A DNA stretch of 63,805 bases, taken from contig NC_068984.1 of NCBI RefSeq assembly GCF_001194135.2, positions 3,345,048 through 3,408,852 of the forward strand, read 5' to 3'. The notes beneath the pieces were generated by a model, which did no database searches, was not told the DNA's origin, and saw only the letters and a list, made by a program, of their open reading frames with translations. The DNA comes from Octopus bimaculoides (Eukaryota). The translations under genes and the position numbers were made by a program. Below, one piece after another: positions 11,443-24,479 of this stretch; the first letter of the stretch is position 1, and the number at the start of each line of letters is the position of its first letter.

Positions 11443-11805
11443 TATTTAAATGGAGTTTAATGTATTTTCCTGTGACTTTTTCCCTTTACCTACTTCCGAT
11501 TACCGTTGCAACATCACGTGATTAGGACCTTTGCACGCTATGTAGTCACAGTTATGGGCCTTACAACAATATGGCTACGGAAGAGCTGACTGCATAGAAA
11601 ACACACACGTTTAATTAACTGGAATTAAGTATGAAATTAATGAAGAATATTTCTCTTTAGGCTAAACTTATTATTGTACGATATCCTGAGAGGGTGTTGT
11701 GTTTAATAATTACACAGATATCTCAGTTAATCAAAGTTTTACAACTATCAAATATGTGAGGTTTTAATATTTGTGAATTTAAAGTATAGAAGCAATGCCT
11801 CTACC

Positions 11806-11846
<41 letters not shown>

Positions 11847-11856
11847 NNNNNNNNNN

Positions 11857-11901
<45 letters not shown>

Positions 11902-11977
11902 TGGGCCATCATTTGCTTTAGGTAAACAAAATAAGTATGCTTCTGTGTAGAGTTGTTGCAGAGAAAGTATGACAAAC

Positions 11978-12112
11978 CTGAGAATCTTGCAATCGACTAA
12001 TGTCTGGATAAATGTAATATTTGATGCCATCAATAGCACCTGGCAGCGTTAGGCCACGTATCAGCAGAATAAAGAGAAGAAAATAGGGAAATAGAGCTGT
12101 AAAATAGACAAC
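11978..12112 (-). CDS. SLC6A1: GAT-1-like transporter internal coding exon (TM5 and EL3)
   Basis: cag|[45 protein letters not shown]|gtttgt. Length 135 nt, phases 0/0, in frame with the previous exon. Confidence 0.93.
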
Positions 12113-12295
12113 CTGGAACAGAAAGCAAAGGAAAAATGAATTCATTTGAAAATGTGCATAACTTGCTTAGAGAAAAGCAAAAAAGACAAAGGCATTTAGT
12201 GGGACAATCATACGAATGTATAAACTTGAAGCTCTTAAAAACTATCTACACACACACACATATATAATATTGTATTGTATTATATATGATGTATT

Positions 12296-12625
12296 ATACT
12301 AGCGGGACCCGTGAATATTTCACGCTGAAAACTTTATCCCTAAAACTTGAAGCGTAGCCTGTGTTGTGTCCGTATGGAAAGATAATCGCTCATCTGATAA
12401 TCCTTGAAAAGTGAGGGAAATTGGAATACGATGATTACTTAATGCACTTTATATACTTTATGCACAATTTTATAGATTTAATACACAACACTCCCCCTCT
12501 TTCTCTCTCACTCTTCACCTTACCCTCTTTTTCTCTCTCCTCTTTCTTTCGTTCTTCACCTTTCCCTTCAACTAATCACGTGAAAGCGTTACAGACGGAC
12601 TAAATCGAGAGTCTTCACTCCAATA
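12296..12625. mobile_element. Possible Helitron-derived non-autonomous element
   Basis: Starts tatactagcgggacccg with a subterminal hairpin cgtgaa-tat-ttcacg; CT-rich interior. Recognised by end pattern only. Confidence 0.3.
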
Positions 12626-12800
12626 CATTATTTACATTATTTTACATATTTACATTATTTACATTATTTACATTTGACGGATACTTGTCCTCATCTTGTT
12701 TGTTGTTAACACAACATTTCGGCCGATATATCCTCCAGCCTTTATCAAGTGTCTTGGAGAAATTTCGAACCTGGGTTCTCATTCCTAAGGTATTTTTCGA

Positions 12801-12860
<60 letters not shown>
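12620..12860 (-). mobile_element. Third copy of the hammerhead-bearing repeat (degenerate motif at 12708-12753)
   Basis: Colinear with 7990-8140; core GACAC-UUGAUAA-A-GGCUG..CGGCC-GAAA-UG-UU-GUGUU. Confidence 0.75.
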
Positions 12861-12861
<1 letters not shown>

Positions 12862-12905
12862 GCCTTTGCACAGCTTCTAACGCTGGAGATGTACTATAGT
12901 GTCAA
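12858..12905 (-). mobile_element. Very short RLE-LINE 3' tip in an (AAT)n tract
   Basis: tattgcctttgcacagcttctaacgctggagatgtacta matches 1762 and 4612. Confidence 0.75.
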
Positions 12906-13224
12906 ATAATGTACATAATTCCTCATCTCTTAAATATAGAACTGTATTCACTCCACTAATCTTACATAGGAAACTCAACAACCAGCACCGTGCTTAGTAT
13001 CCAATACTCGCAACTGAAGTATATACAACAGATAATAGAGTTGCACTAGGTTTACATTTTACACACACACACNNNNNNNNNNATATAGAACTACTAAACA
13101 ACCGATGCAACACAATGCAATATCTACACCTTTTCATATTCGACTTAACACCTCACTCGATTTTCTACAGGTTTTTCAAATATTTATGCCAATTTCTACA
13201 CGCTGCAGTTTTCATATAAATGAC

Positions 13225-13289
<65 letters not shown>

Positions 13290-13290
<1 letters not shown>

Positions 13291-13615
13291 TGGGGTACCA
13301 CCGTTAGCTTTGCTACTCCTTCATTCCTTGAAAGTTCTGATATGTGGCCTTTGGTGAATGAGGGAGCTCTAGTTTTGGTTTGAAGACACCTACATCCACC
13401 CCTTGTATATTTTTTAGGGTTCTTGGAAAGATATTGAAGAACTGTCAGCCCTTGAAACCCAAGATGTCGCAGTATCTGGTCCTATATCGTGATGATGATG
13501 TTGGGATCTTTTGAATTATGCGGTAGGGTCCCTTTCTGCTGTTTGTGTGACCTACAATGCCAAACTTTAGTACAAGTCTTTCATGCTTTCGTTCTAGGAA
13601 GTAGAATCTTCACTT
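13290..13615 (-). mobile_element. Degenerate CR1-group LINE 3' end in the transporter intron
   Basis: Minus strand RYRTRYCDILGFKG*QFFNIFPRTLKN.. and 3' gcaaagctaacggtggtaccccagc, similar to 51440-51715. Confidence 0.75.
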
Positions 13616-13801
13616 TTTCAAACTTTCCCATTGACTTTTTGAATCTCAGCACAAAATACTAACTAAACATCAACTTTTGAATGGCTCCTTCTCATACAAA
13701 AATACATGAAATACAGAAGAGAACATCCCATTGCCCCACTTGTTGCTGGTTTTAAATACTTAATTAGATGATCGAGTAAATTAGCAAATGTTATCTCTTA
13801 C

Positions 13802-13934
13802 CTTTCCAGTCCACTTGACTCCACGCCAAATACAGAAATAGCAAAGAATCCAAGTCAGTAGGAGGGTGGCGGCCAATTCCCAACGCATACCACCGACTTC
13901 TGTGATTCCTCCAGTGATTTGTAGGGCACGATGT
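13802..13934 (-). CDS. SLC6A1: GAT-1-like transporter internal coding exon (end of EL2 and TM4)
   Basis: cag|A + [44 protein letters not shown]|gtaaga. Length 133 nt, phases 2/0. The CYFCIW.G.KWTGK motif is typical of GABA/taurine-group SLC6 proteins. This frame is not in the supplied ORF track. Confidence 0.93.
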
Positions 13935-14196
13935 CTGGCAAATATGACCATAAAAGACATTATGTTGTGTAGGCACAGTTTTGCGTCTGTGGGGGGGTGG
14001 GGTGCAAGTGTGTGTGTGCGTGTGTGTTGATGTATCTTTTGTATGTGTGCGGGTTTTTGTATGTTTGTACTGTGTGTTAAGAGATTTCTTAATGCGTTTA
14101 TATATATGAATATGTACCATTTAATAATGAATTTACACGCGTTGATAGGGCCAGATACATATAAGGTTTAAGAGAGAGAGAGAGTGAGAGAGAGAG

Positions 14197-14242
<46 letters not shown>

Positions 14243-14835
14243 AGACTGAGTAGATAAAATAAGAATACCAGAAGTGACACAATGAAATGGAGGTTAGAAC
14301 ACGACTAAATATTGATTCTCTACACAATTTAGAAAATAGGCCCCTATCACTAAGATTTCATGCAGATGGAGTCCCTCAGTATTGTTGGCCAATCAACCTC
14401 CTATATTTTTAAACAGGAGAAAATGGAAACGAAGACCTTCCTAGTGCCAGCAATACACTGAACGGAAAATATAGTATGGAGGAGACGCCATATCAATTAT
14501 TCGCTTTCTTGAAGAATCGACTACATGACTGTTCGTTGTCAGAGATATTCATTAATAGGCAATTAGCTTGATTGTCTTAAAGGGTTAGAAGTTAGGGAAG
14601 TGGTGACGTTCATTTCTGTTTAAAGGAATTTAACGATATAAATAGAGGAGGACATGAAAGTAGGTTCGAGTCATCCTTCATTCTTGTGTAACTCGTAGAC
14701 ATCAAGGGCAGCATATTATATAGTAGTACTTCCCATTGAGCTCTAGAAGCATCACTTGATGTAGGACTAGACAGCGAGGTGAATTTATTCTTTTTTATTT
14801 AGTCTACTACCGGGCCAACTTATTATACGACAGAA

Positions 14836-15073
14836 ACAGGCGGTGAGCTGTCAGAAACGTTAGCACGCCGGGCGACATGCTTAGCGGTATTTCGTCTGTC
14901 TTTACGCTCTGAGTTCAATTTCCGCCGAGGTCGACTTTGCCTTTCATCCTTTCAGGTCGATAAATTAAGTACCAGTTACACACTTCGGTCGATGTAATCG
15001 ACTTAATCCCTTTGTCTGTCCTTGTTTGTCCCCTCTGTGTATAGCCCCTTATAGGCAATAAAGAAATAAGAAA
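14836..15073 (+). mobile_element. SINE family A
   Basis: Full head ggcggtgagctgtcagaaacgttagcacgccgggcg and conserved core. Confidence 0.85.
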
Positions 15074-15126
15074 CATTGTGTGCGTGCGTGCTCGAGCTGA
15101 TCGTATGTTAATATAAGAATTTTATA

Positions 15127-15345
15127 AAGGTGGCGAGATGGCCGAAACGTTAGCACGCCAGGCAAAATGCTTAGCGGCATTTCATAAGTCTTTATGTTCT
15201 GAGTTCAATTTCCACTGAGGTCGACTTTGCTTTTCAACATTTCGGGGTCAGTAAGATAAGTACCGGTTGAGCACTGGGGTCGATGTAATCGACGCACCAC
15301 CTCCCCCGCCCCAAAAACTGCTGGCCTTGGGCCAAAATTTGAAAT
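15127..15345 (+). mobile_element. SINE family A with about 17-bp TSD
   Basis: Flanked by ttaatataagaa(t/a)tttat at 15108 and 15345. Confidence 0.85.
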
Positions 15346-15509
15346 TAATATAAGAAATTTATGCACATGTTTTTATATAGCAAACCACCAGTTCCTTTAT
15401 TAAACAACCTGTAATTTTTTTTTTAATCAGTCAAATATGTAAACCAATCACTCATATTCTGTCAATCAATCGAACTACACGTATTAATCAGTGTGAAAAG
15501 TTTACTCAC

Positions 15510-15837
15510 TCCCAATATTCGCGAACTGGTGATGTGAACGAACTCCAGTCATATTCACGGGAGCAATTCATGTGTGAATAATTAGACAAGAGGTAGGTGA
15601 CGTTGAAAGTTTTAATGGGTACCACCTCTCTCCAATGTGAAGAATTGGAACAATTGTAAGGAAGAAACTGTCGTTCGTATTCCGACTGACAATGGAGGGT
15701 GTTCCACGAATTGCGGCAGTTGGACCAAGGTAGAACGCTTTTGAACGAATTAAATAGATAGAACAGAGCCCAAGCCAATGGGACGATGTACCATATGTTG
15801 AGCCAAAATGCAATGACCACCGATGCGTATCCCACAC
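15510..15837 (-). CDS. SLC6A1: SLC6 GABA transporter (GAT-1-like), internal coding exon: TM3 and extracellular loop 2
   Basis: Translates (G)[49 protein letters not shown]...SPVREYW(E). Acceptor tttcag| at 15838-15840; donor GA|gtgagt at 15509. The phase-2 end joins the next exon as GAA (Glu). The symbol is a best family match, not proven orthology. Confidence 0.92.
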
Positions 15838-17154
15838 CTGAAAGATATAATACAATTATATTTAGAGTTCAATGAATAACAGATGAGTTTAAATTTAACA
15901 TCAATAACTAAAAGCACACTCAGTGATGGCAATTCTCAGAAATGCATTCAGTATTTCAAAGGAATTAACAACATCTGGGAATCCAAACATGGTGGCAGTA
16001 CCGGTTCCTCGCTTCTATGTTACATTTCATCTCTTTTGATGTAAGTTCAGGTAGTAACAAATATAAGCGTTCTTTTACTTCACTTTTATACTTTCATTTA
16101 AGTGAATTTGATCAATCGCATCAAGGTGGAATTGATGTGGTCGGTCAATTCCACCAAGTTTTAGAATTTCCAGTCTTATACACTTGTAACAAGTATCAAT
16201 TTAACACGATGAATGCTTATATAAATATAACAATATATATGTATATATATATATACATATATATNNNNNNNNNNNNNNNNNNNNNNNNNNNNNNNNNNNN
16301 NNNNNNNNNNNNNNNNNNNNNNNNNNNNNNNNNNNNNNNNNNNNNNNNNNNNNNNNNNNNNNNNNNNNNNNNNNNNNNNNNNNNNNNNNNNNNNNNNNNN
16401 NNNNNNNNNNNNNNNNNNNNNNNNNNNNNNNNNNNNNNNNNNNNNNNNNNNNNNNNNNNNNNNNNNNNNNNNNNNNNNNNNNNNNNNNNNNNNNNNNNNN
16501 NNNNNNNNNNNNNNNNNNNNNNNNNNNNNNNNNNNNNNNNNNNNNNNNNNNNNNNNNNNNNNNNNNNNNNNNNNNNNNNNNNNNNNNNNNNNNNNNNNNN
16601 NNNNNNNNNNNNNNNNNNNNNNNNNNNNNNNNNNNNNNNNNNNNNNNNNNNNNNNNNNNNNNNNNNNNNNNNNNNNNNNNNNNNNNNNNNNNNNNNNNNN
16701 NNNNNNNNNNNNNNNNNNNNNNNNNNNNNNNNNNNNNNNNNNNNNNNNNNNNNNNNNNNNNNNNNNNNNNNNNNNNNNNNNNNNNNNNNNNNNNNNNNNN
16801 NNNNNNNNNNNNNNNNNNNNNNNNNNNNNNNNNNNNNNNNNNNNNNNNNNNNNNNNNNNNNNNNNNNNNNNNNNNNNNNNNNNNNNNNNNNNNNNNNNNN
16901 NNNNNNNNNNNNNNNNNNNNNNNNNNNNNNNNNNNNNNNNNNNNNNNNNNNNNNNNNNNNNNNNNNNNNNNNNNNNNNNNNNNNNNNNNNNNNNNNNNNN
17001 NNNNNNNNNNNNNNNNNNNNNNNNNNNNNNNNNNNNNNNNNNNNNNNNNNNNNNNNNNNNNNNNNNNNNNNNNNNNNNNNNNNNNNNNNNNNNNNNNNNN
17101 NNNNNNNNNNNNNNNNNNNNNNNNNNNNNNNNNNNNNNNNNNNNNNNNNNNNNN

Positions 17155-17990
<836 letters not shown>

Positions 17991-18279
17991 ATATAAATGA
18001 GCATGTCTAGACATGCAACTGTATGCATGAGAACACGTACATAAAACAAAATATACAAATCTGCACACATGCATACATACATACATACATACATACATAC
18101 ATACATACACATACATACATGCCACACATACACATACATAAATGCATACATACATACATGCATACATGCCACACATACACATACATACATACATACATGC
18201 CACACACACATACACATATATAAATGCATACATACATACATGCCACACATGCATACATACATACATACATACATACATA

Positions 18280-19620
18280 CAGAAGTATCTCCCATACTTT
18301 CTTTGTCGATGACCTGAAACAATATGGGTCAAATATCAACCACAGAAAAACAATAATATCTTATAACCAAATTTTCTGTAAACATTGGGAGGAAATTTGG
18401 TAAGTCATTAATGCACATTTTTTTTATAATAAAACATGGAAAAGTTGTGCCTTCGTCTGAAAGCCTAAAAATGAACGACTTGGCAATACGACCTCTACNN
18501 NNNNNNNNNNNNNNNNNNNNNNNNNNNNNNNNNNNNNNNNNNNNNNNNNNNNNNNNNNNNNNNNNNNNNNNNNNNNNNNATATTGCCGTCAACATGTTTG
18601 CAGTGCCTGTCCTCACACCTACGTTTAGTTTTTTGAACTGGTCACTACAAGGACTCAATGAGATTGACGTTCGAACTCAGGAAGCTGTTACAGGAAACTT
18701 CAAAATTAATGGAGATATAGAGAGGCTATACTTCCCATCCAAGGAAGGTGACCATGGTCTCAAATTCATTTTGATGTCATATGAAGCACAGATCGAGACA
18801 CTGAAACAACATGTGCAGCAGAAGAGAGATACCAGCGACTAACTTGCCCAAGTTTGTGACTATGAGACCAACAACATAATTAGGATAATTAATGAACATG
18901 AGGAAAGATATGAAATAAGAACTGATACAGATCTCTCCGCTAGGAGCATTGGTAAAATCTATTCATCCGAAGAGCAGAAAAAGAAAAAATGAACCAGTTC
19001 ACTGAGAAGATAATACATGGGCTCTTGGCACGTAAAACACAAGCCACAGAAAGGGGTTTATCGTGTCAACAGCTTGGCTTGGAATACTGACAAGTTTATG
19101 ATAACCCAAACTGAAGGCCACATTCATGCAATCCAAGAGCAAGAGATCGCCACTAAAGTGCCTTCTACATAAAACGTTGACGATGACATTTATAGGCTAC
19201 GCAAAGACCACGACTGAAGATATCGACCTTGTCATTGCCAACTGTGAGAAAATGTCTTCGAGATATTATCTTCCCACAAGGCATGATACAGTGGCCAGAA
19301 CGGTCTGGAACAGGATAAGGAAAATAGAACAGCTGCAAACGAAATAGACCATGCTGAGACCGATGTGTCAAAAGAATATTAGTGGAACTTGAAAAATTAA
19401 AAGAGCCACCGAATCAAAACACAACCGGCCAAATATGGTTGTGTGGAGTCATAAAGAAAAGATATATTCTGATGTGGAAATCAGCTGAGCCCTGGACACG
19501 AATGTGCTTTGAAAAATACAAGTGAAGGAGAACATCTGTGGACTATTAATAAAGAGTTTGCAAATCCAAGACCCAAGATACACTTTCAGCTTCATACCTG
19601 TTATTATTGGAGTAACAGGA
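18280..19620 (+). mobile_element. Degenerate RLE-type LINE (RT thumb to RLE)
   Basis: FVDDLKQY-like motif near 18300; AVNMFAVPVLT..IERLYFPSKEGDHGL; LPTRHDTVA; FIPVIIGVTG; many stops and frameshifts. Confidence 0.78.
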
Positions 19621-20539
19621 TGTAATATATACATCGCATGTCCAGGAGAGGCTACTCTTCCTGTCAATGCAGTTGTTACACACGGAATATGTATCTATGC
19701 TTTTTGTTGGTATGATGTCTGCTTCTCCTCCAACCTTCTGTTTACGTTGGTCAGTCTAACCTCCTTTGGGTCGCTTGAGACAGTTCTATTCTCAGAATGC
19801 TTGAACAGTAGTTTTTTCCCCAACTCAGAAGATGTTATTGCTCTCACTTTTGATTACGCATAGAGTGTACTCATTTCTTTGTTTACTGTTCGACACGTGT
19901 TGTCTGAGTGATACAAAGACTGTTTGGACTGAAATTATGCCTCTACTACCATCACTTCGTCTTACATAAACCCTATCGGTCGCTGTTAATGCGAAAGTTA
20001 CCAGTAGTGGTTAGTATCTCACTAGTTTTGATGTCCAGGCTGATGACCAAGAGCCCAGTCTAATATCGCATATGTCAGTAGTAGCACTGACACTGCAAAA
20101 GCACTGTGAGGCATGGTCTTGTTAAATGCAGACAGCTGTGAGTTTTATAATTTCAGGACACTTTTTGTTATTCTGGCTTTACGTATTCATGTCATTGTTC
20201 AGTTTTATTTCAAGATTTCTTGCCAATAGAGAAAGGATCGGTTTCTAATCTAGATCCAAAGCTCCTTCATTGGAATTTCAATATCAACAACAGTGTGTAT
20301 GTATGTATGTATGTATGTATGTATGTATGTATGTATGTATGTATGTATGTATGTATGTATGTCCACAGATATAAATTCTGGAGGACAATCATTCTTGACT
20401 CTTAAACTCTCAGAATTGCCAAAGAATACGCTTTGATAAATTAAACATCAACAGATGGTTCCTGTTTTTTGCATTTAAGATTTTCTCATCTCAACTCTTT
20501 AAAAGACATCTTTGTTGTATTGCTCTCACCATCCCTACA

Positions 20540-20728
20540 CTCACTGTTAACTATTATGTATCAAAGATGGCAGCACAGAGATAATGACAGAAATTGATGT
20601 TTACGCGCGTGTACACGCGCGCGCGCACATACACACACATACATATATGCACACACACACATGCATATAATACATATGCATACATACATACATACATACA
20701 TACATACATACATACATGCATACATACA

Positions 20729-20759
<31 letters not shown>

Positions 20760-21405
20760 GCATACATACATACATGCACACATACATACACACATACATA
20801 CCTATGCATACATACATACATACATACATACATACATACATACATACATACGCGCTTATACAATAAGTAATACATTGCTTAATTGTGTCCCGTCCTGGAA
20901 TTGTAGTTGTAAGAATATCACAAGTTTTGAGAATAACAGAATTCTTCAGAATAAAGTTTAATATGGTAACTGAAGTACTTGGTCTGCTTCTAACCAGTAT
21001 GGAGTCGCTGCAATTTCAGCTGTGTTAAATGTCACATTTGGCACGGATGGTGCCAGCTTATATAATGAGGACGGTAGTAATTAGTTCAATGAACAATTGC
21101 ATGCAAAGAACACCAGTAATGGAATTGGTTTTTAGGTCAGGATGTTGTCACTTCACACTCTCCCACCTTATGTTGGTGCACTTCTTTCTCTCTCTCACTT
21201 TCCTATTCTTTCTTTCTCTCTCATCTTCCCGTTCTTTCTTTCTTTCTCTCTCTCTCTCTCTCATTTTCCCATTCTTTCTTTCTCACTTTCTCTCTCTCTC
21301 TCCCTCTCTCATTTTCCCATTCTTTCTTTCTCTCTATCTCCCTCAGTTTCTCATTCTTTCTTTCTCTCTCTCACTCTCTCTCACTGTGTGTCTTTCTCCC
21401 TTTCC

Positions 21406-21474
<69 letters not shown>

Positions 21475-21595
21475 CGTCATTGATAATACGACCGAACCAT
21501 TTTGCGCGTTTTTCATCTTCTCATAGAAGCTTTCCTCGTTCTTCCTCTCGTTTTTTGTCATATATCTAATCCAGCTATTTATACTTGCACATGGG

Positions 21596-21662
<67 letters not shown>

Positions 21663-22345
21663 TGACGCAGGTGTACGTAGCTACATACACACGAATAAAT
21701 ATACATTCACACACGCACAAACATATGAAGAGAAAGGCTATTGTTTACAAACAAAACGAGAAGCACTCAATACACGGTGTAGAGTTTATATATATCCATC
21801 GATGTATATACACTTTACAAGACAAAATTTCCTAAAGTTCTCTCTTTTTCTTCCTTTCCTCCTTTCTCATTACCTCTCTCTGTTCTCTCTCTCTCTCTCT
21901 CTCTCTCACTCTCTCTCTCTCTCTCTCTCATTATATATTTATTTCTCTCCCTTTCTTTTCCTTTCATTTTTAATATCTTACTTGTTATCTCCACACTTGA
22001 GGAAATGCATACGTTGCATAAATGTAATATTGTAATATATTTAAAATATGGTGAGAGGGTCTTTACATACGTTTTGCGAAGCAACAAGAATAATTTTAAA
22101 AATATAAGATGCCAGAAATGACTTTAAGCATACACACGATCACACACACAAACACACACACACACATACGTACATATATATATGTGTGTATGTGTGTGTG
22201 TGTGTGTGTGTGCGTGTGTAGATCAGATTTATTGAAAAACAAAAGATGAAGACGGGTATAGGAACAACAAGCAGGTGTATTAGACAGAAAGGAACAAGGG
22301 AGAAAAAATGGAGAAAAACTGTGTAGAGTTCAGTGGTTCTAATAC

Positions 22346-22400
<55 letters not shown>
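20540..22400. repeat. Compound microsatellite block: (TACA)n, (CT)n, (CA)n, (TG)n
   Basis: Read directly from the sequence. Similar simple repeats, e.g. (AAT)n, (TA)n, (GATA)n, (TATG)n and (GA)n, occur throughout and border most N gaps. Confidence 0.95.
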
Positions 22401-23005
22401 CTTTTACTCCTTTATTCTTTGTAAGCCTAGTACTTATTCTATCAGGCNNNNNNNNNNNNNNNNNNNNNNNNNNNNNNNNNNNNNNNNNNNNNNNNNNNNN
22501 NNNNNNNNNNNNNNNNNNNNNNNNNNNNNNNNNNNNNNNNNNNNNNNNNNNNNNNNNNNNNNNNNNNNNNNNNNNNNNNNNNNNNNNNNNNNNNNNNNNN
22601 NNNNNNNNNNNNNNNNNNNNNNNNNNNNNNNNNNNNNNNNNNNNNNNNNNNNNNNNNNNNNNNNNNNNNNNNNNNNNNNNNNNNNNNNNNNNNNNNNNNN
22701 NNNNNNNNNNNNNNNNNNNNNNNNNNNNNNNNNNNNNNNNNNNNNNNNNNNNNNNNNNNNNNNNNNNNNNNNNNNNNNNNNNNNNNNNNNNNNNNNNNNN
22801 NNNNNNNNNNNNNNNNNNNNNNNNNNNNNNNNNNNNNNNNNNNNNNNNNNNNNNNNNNNNNNNNNNNNNNNNNNNNNNNNNNNNNNNNNNNNNNNNNNNN
22901 NNNNNNNNNNNNNNNNNNNNNNNNNNNNNNNNNNNNNNNNNNNNNNNNNNNNNNNNNNNNNNNNNNNNNNNNNNNNNNNNNNNNNNNNNNNNNNNNNNNN
23001 NNNNN

Positions 23006-23105
23006 TAGTAGAAGACACTCGCCCAAAGTGCCACGCAGTGGGACTAAACCCGGAACCATGTGGTTGGTAAGCAAGCTACTTACCACACAGCCACTCCTGC
23101 GCCTT
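23006..23105 (-). mobile_element. tRNA-derived SINE family C, 5' part
   Basis: Reverse complement of tgtggtaag..catggttccgggtt(c/t)agtcccactgcgtggcac. Confidence 0.82.
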
Positions 23106-24126
23106 GTACACGGACACTCACACACACATATACAGGCAGCTGGCACCTCCTTAGTTCATAAGCAAGCACAGATCGTACAAGTTCCGTGCAAAGAGTGGTA
23201 ATTCACAACTAAATACATTTTCAGAGAAATGTCCCGAAGAGTATAATTTCTTAAGGTTAAGCATTTCTATTTTACAAATTAGAGAAAATCAAAATTTAAA
23301 TAAAATTTTAGCTTAAATTTTGCGTATCATATTTCTCAGTAGAACATACATCTGCTGGATATAGAACAAGTCTGCGGGGGCCTGCCCCAAAACAGGAAGT
23401 TTTTTTCACTTTTGATTGCTTAAAATAAACAAGAAAATCTATGGACAGGTTGAAACTCATGAAGTTTCCAGGTGCACATAAATAACAGTAACGATATGTG
23501 GAGTTCTATGCCTTTGCCTTTGTAACAAGACATTTTATTGTAGGCTGCTTTATCCGCTTTCTTTTAAAACCAAATGTATCTCAAAGAGGGCTTAACGTAG
23601 CATTTTTGTCTGAATTTAAACGAATGAATATGTAGTATTTTTCTCTAGTCTTATACTCTAGTCTTATACCCACACACGTTGGTATAAAAGATGAATATGT
23701 ATCACATTCGGCTGTATATTTTTGTGAGTGCGGTTGAATATTAGTTATGCGATGACGCTTGATTGCGAACATATTTAATCCTAACACTCGCAAATTTATA
23801 ACTCGGAGTATCACACTGAGGAGAATAATTGGTAAATATAATTTACTTTAAATTCGAAACGCGTCTGTGATTAACCGAAGTCGTGTGGATTCATCATTTT
23901 TCTTTTTACCTACATAAAAAAGTGCTATTGTATCGGAGATTTTTATGGCAGTTGAAAATACATTAGCGTCTATTTCTAATTCAGTACGTGGCAAGGCACT
24001 TAGCTGACCCCTAATTATAATTATGCATATAATTATAGAATATTTTGTATAATTCACCTAAAAAGGCTTTTTAACATATTGACTACTTCATAAAATTATT
24101 AATTAATTTTACCCTTTATTATTATT

Positions 24127-24158
<32 letters not shown>

Positions 24159-24356
24159 NNNNNNNNNNNNNNNNNNNNNNNNNNNNNNNNNNNNNNNNNN
24201 NNNNNNNNNNNNNNNNNNNNNNNNNNNNNNNNNNNNNNNNNNNNNNNNNNNNNNNNNNNNNNNNNNNNNNNNNNNNNNNNNNNNNNNNNNNNNNNNNNNN
24301 NNNNNNNNNNNNNNNNNNNNNNNNNNNNNNNNNNNNNNNNNNNNNNNTATATATAT

Positions 24357-24440
24357 AACCTAGATCCAAGTCTCCTTCGAGACTTGGATCTAGGTTCGAA
24401 ACCAGCTCTTTCTCTATTGGCAAGAAATCTTGAAATATAT
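24357..24440. repeat. Short repeat (second copy at 20205-20300, opposite strand) whose end is a perfect 18-bp hairpin
   Basis: aacctagatccaagtctc-cttc-gagacttggatctaggtt; the body tttcaagatttcttgccaatagagaaag is shared with 20205. Confidence 0.75.
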
Positions 24441-24479
24441 ATACACATACATACATACATACATACATACATACATGTC

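Noticed and set aside
16125-16155. 11-bp stem-loop ggtggaattga/tcaattccacc
   Set aside because: Single short hairpin with no supporting context.
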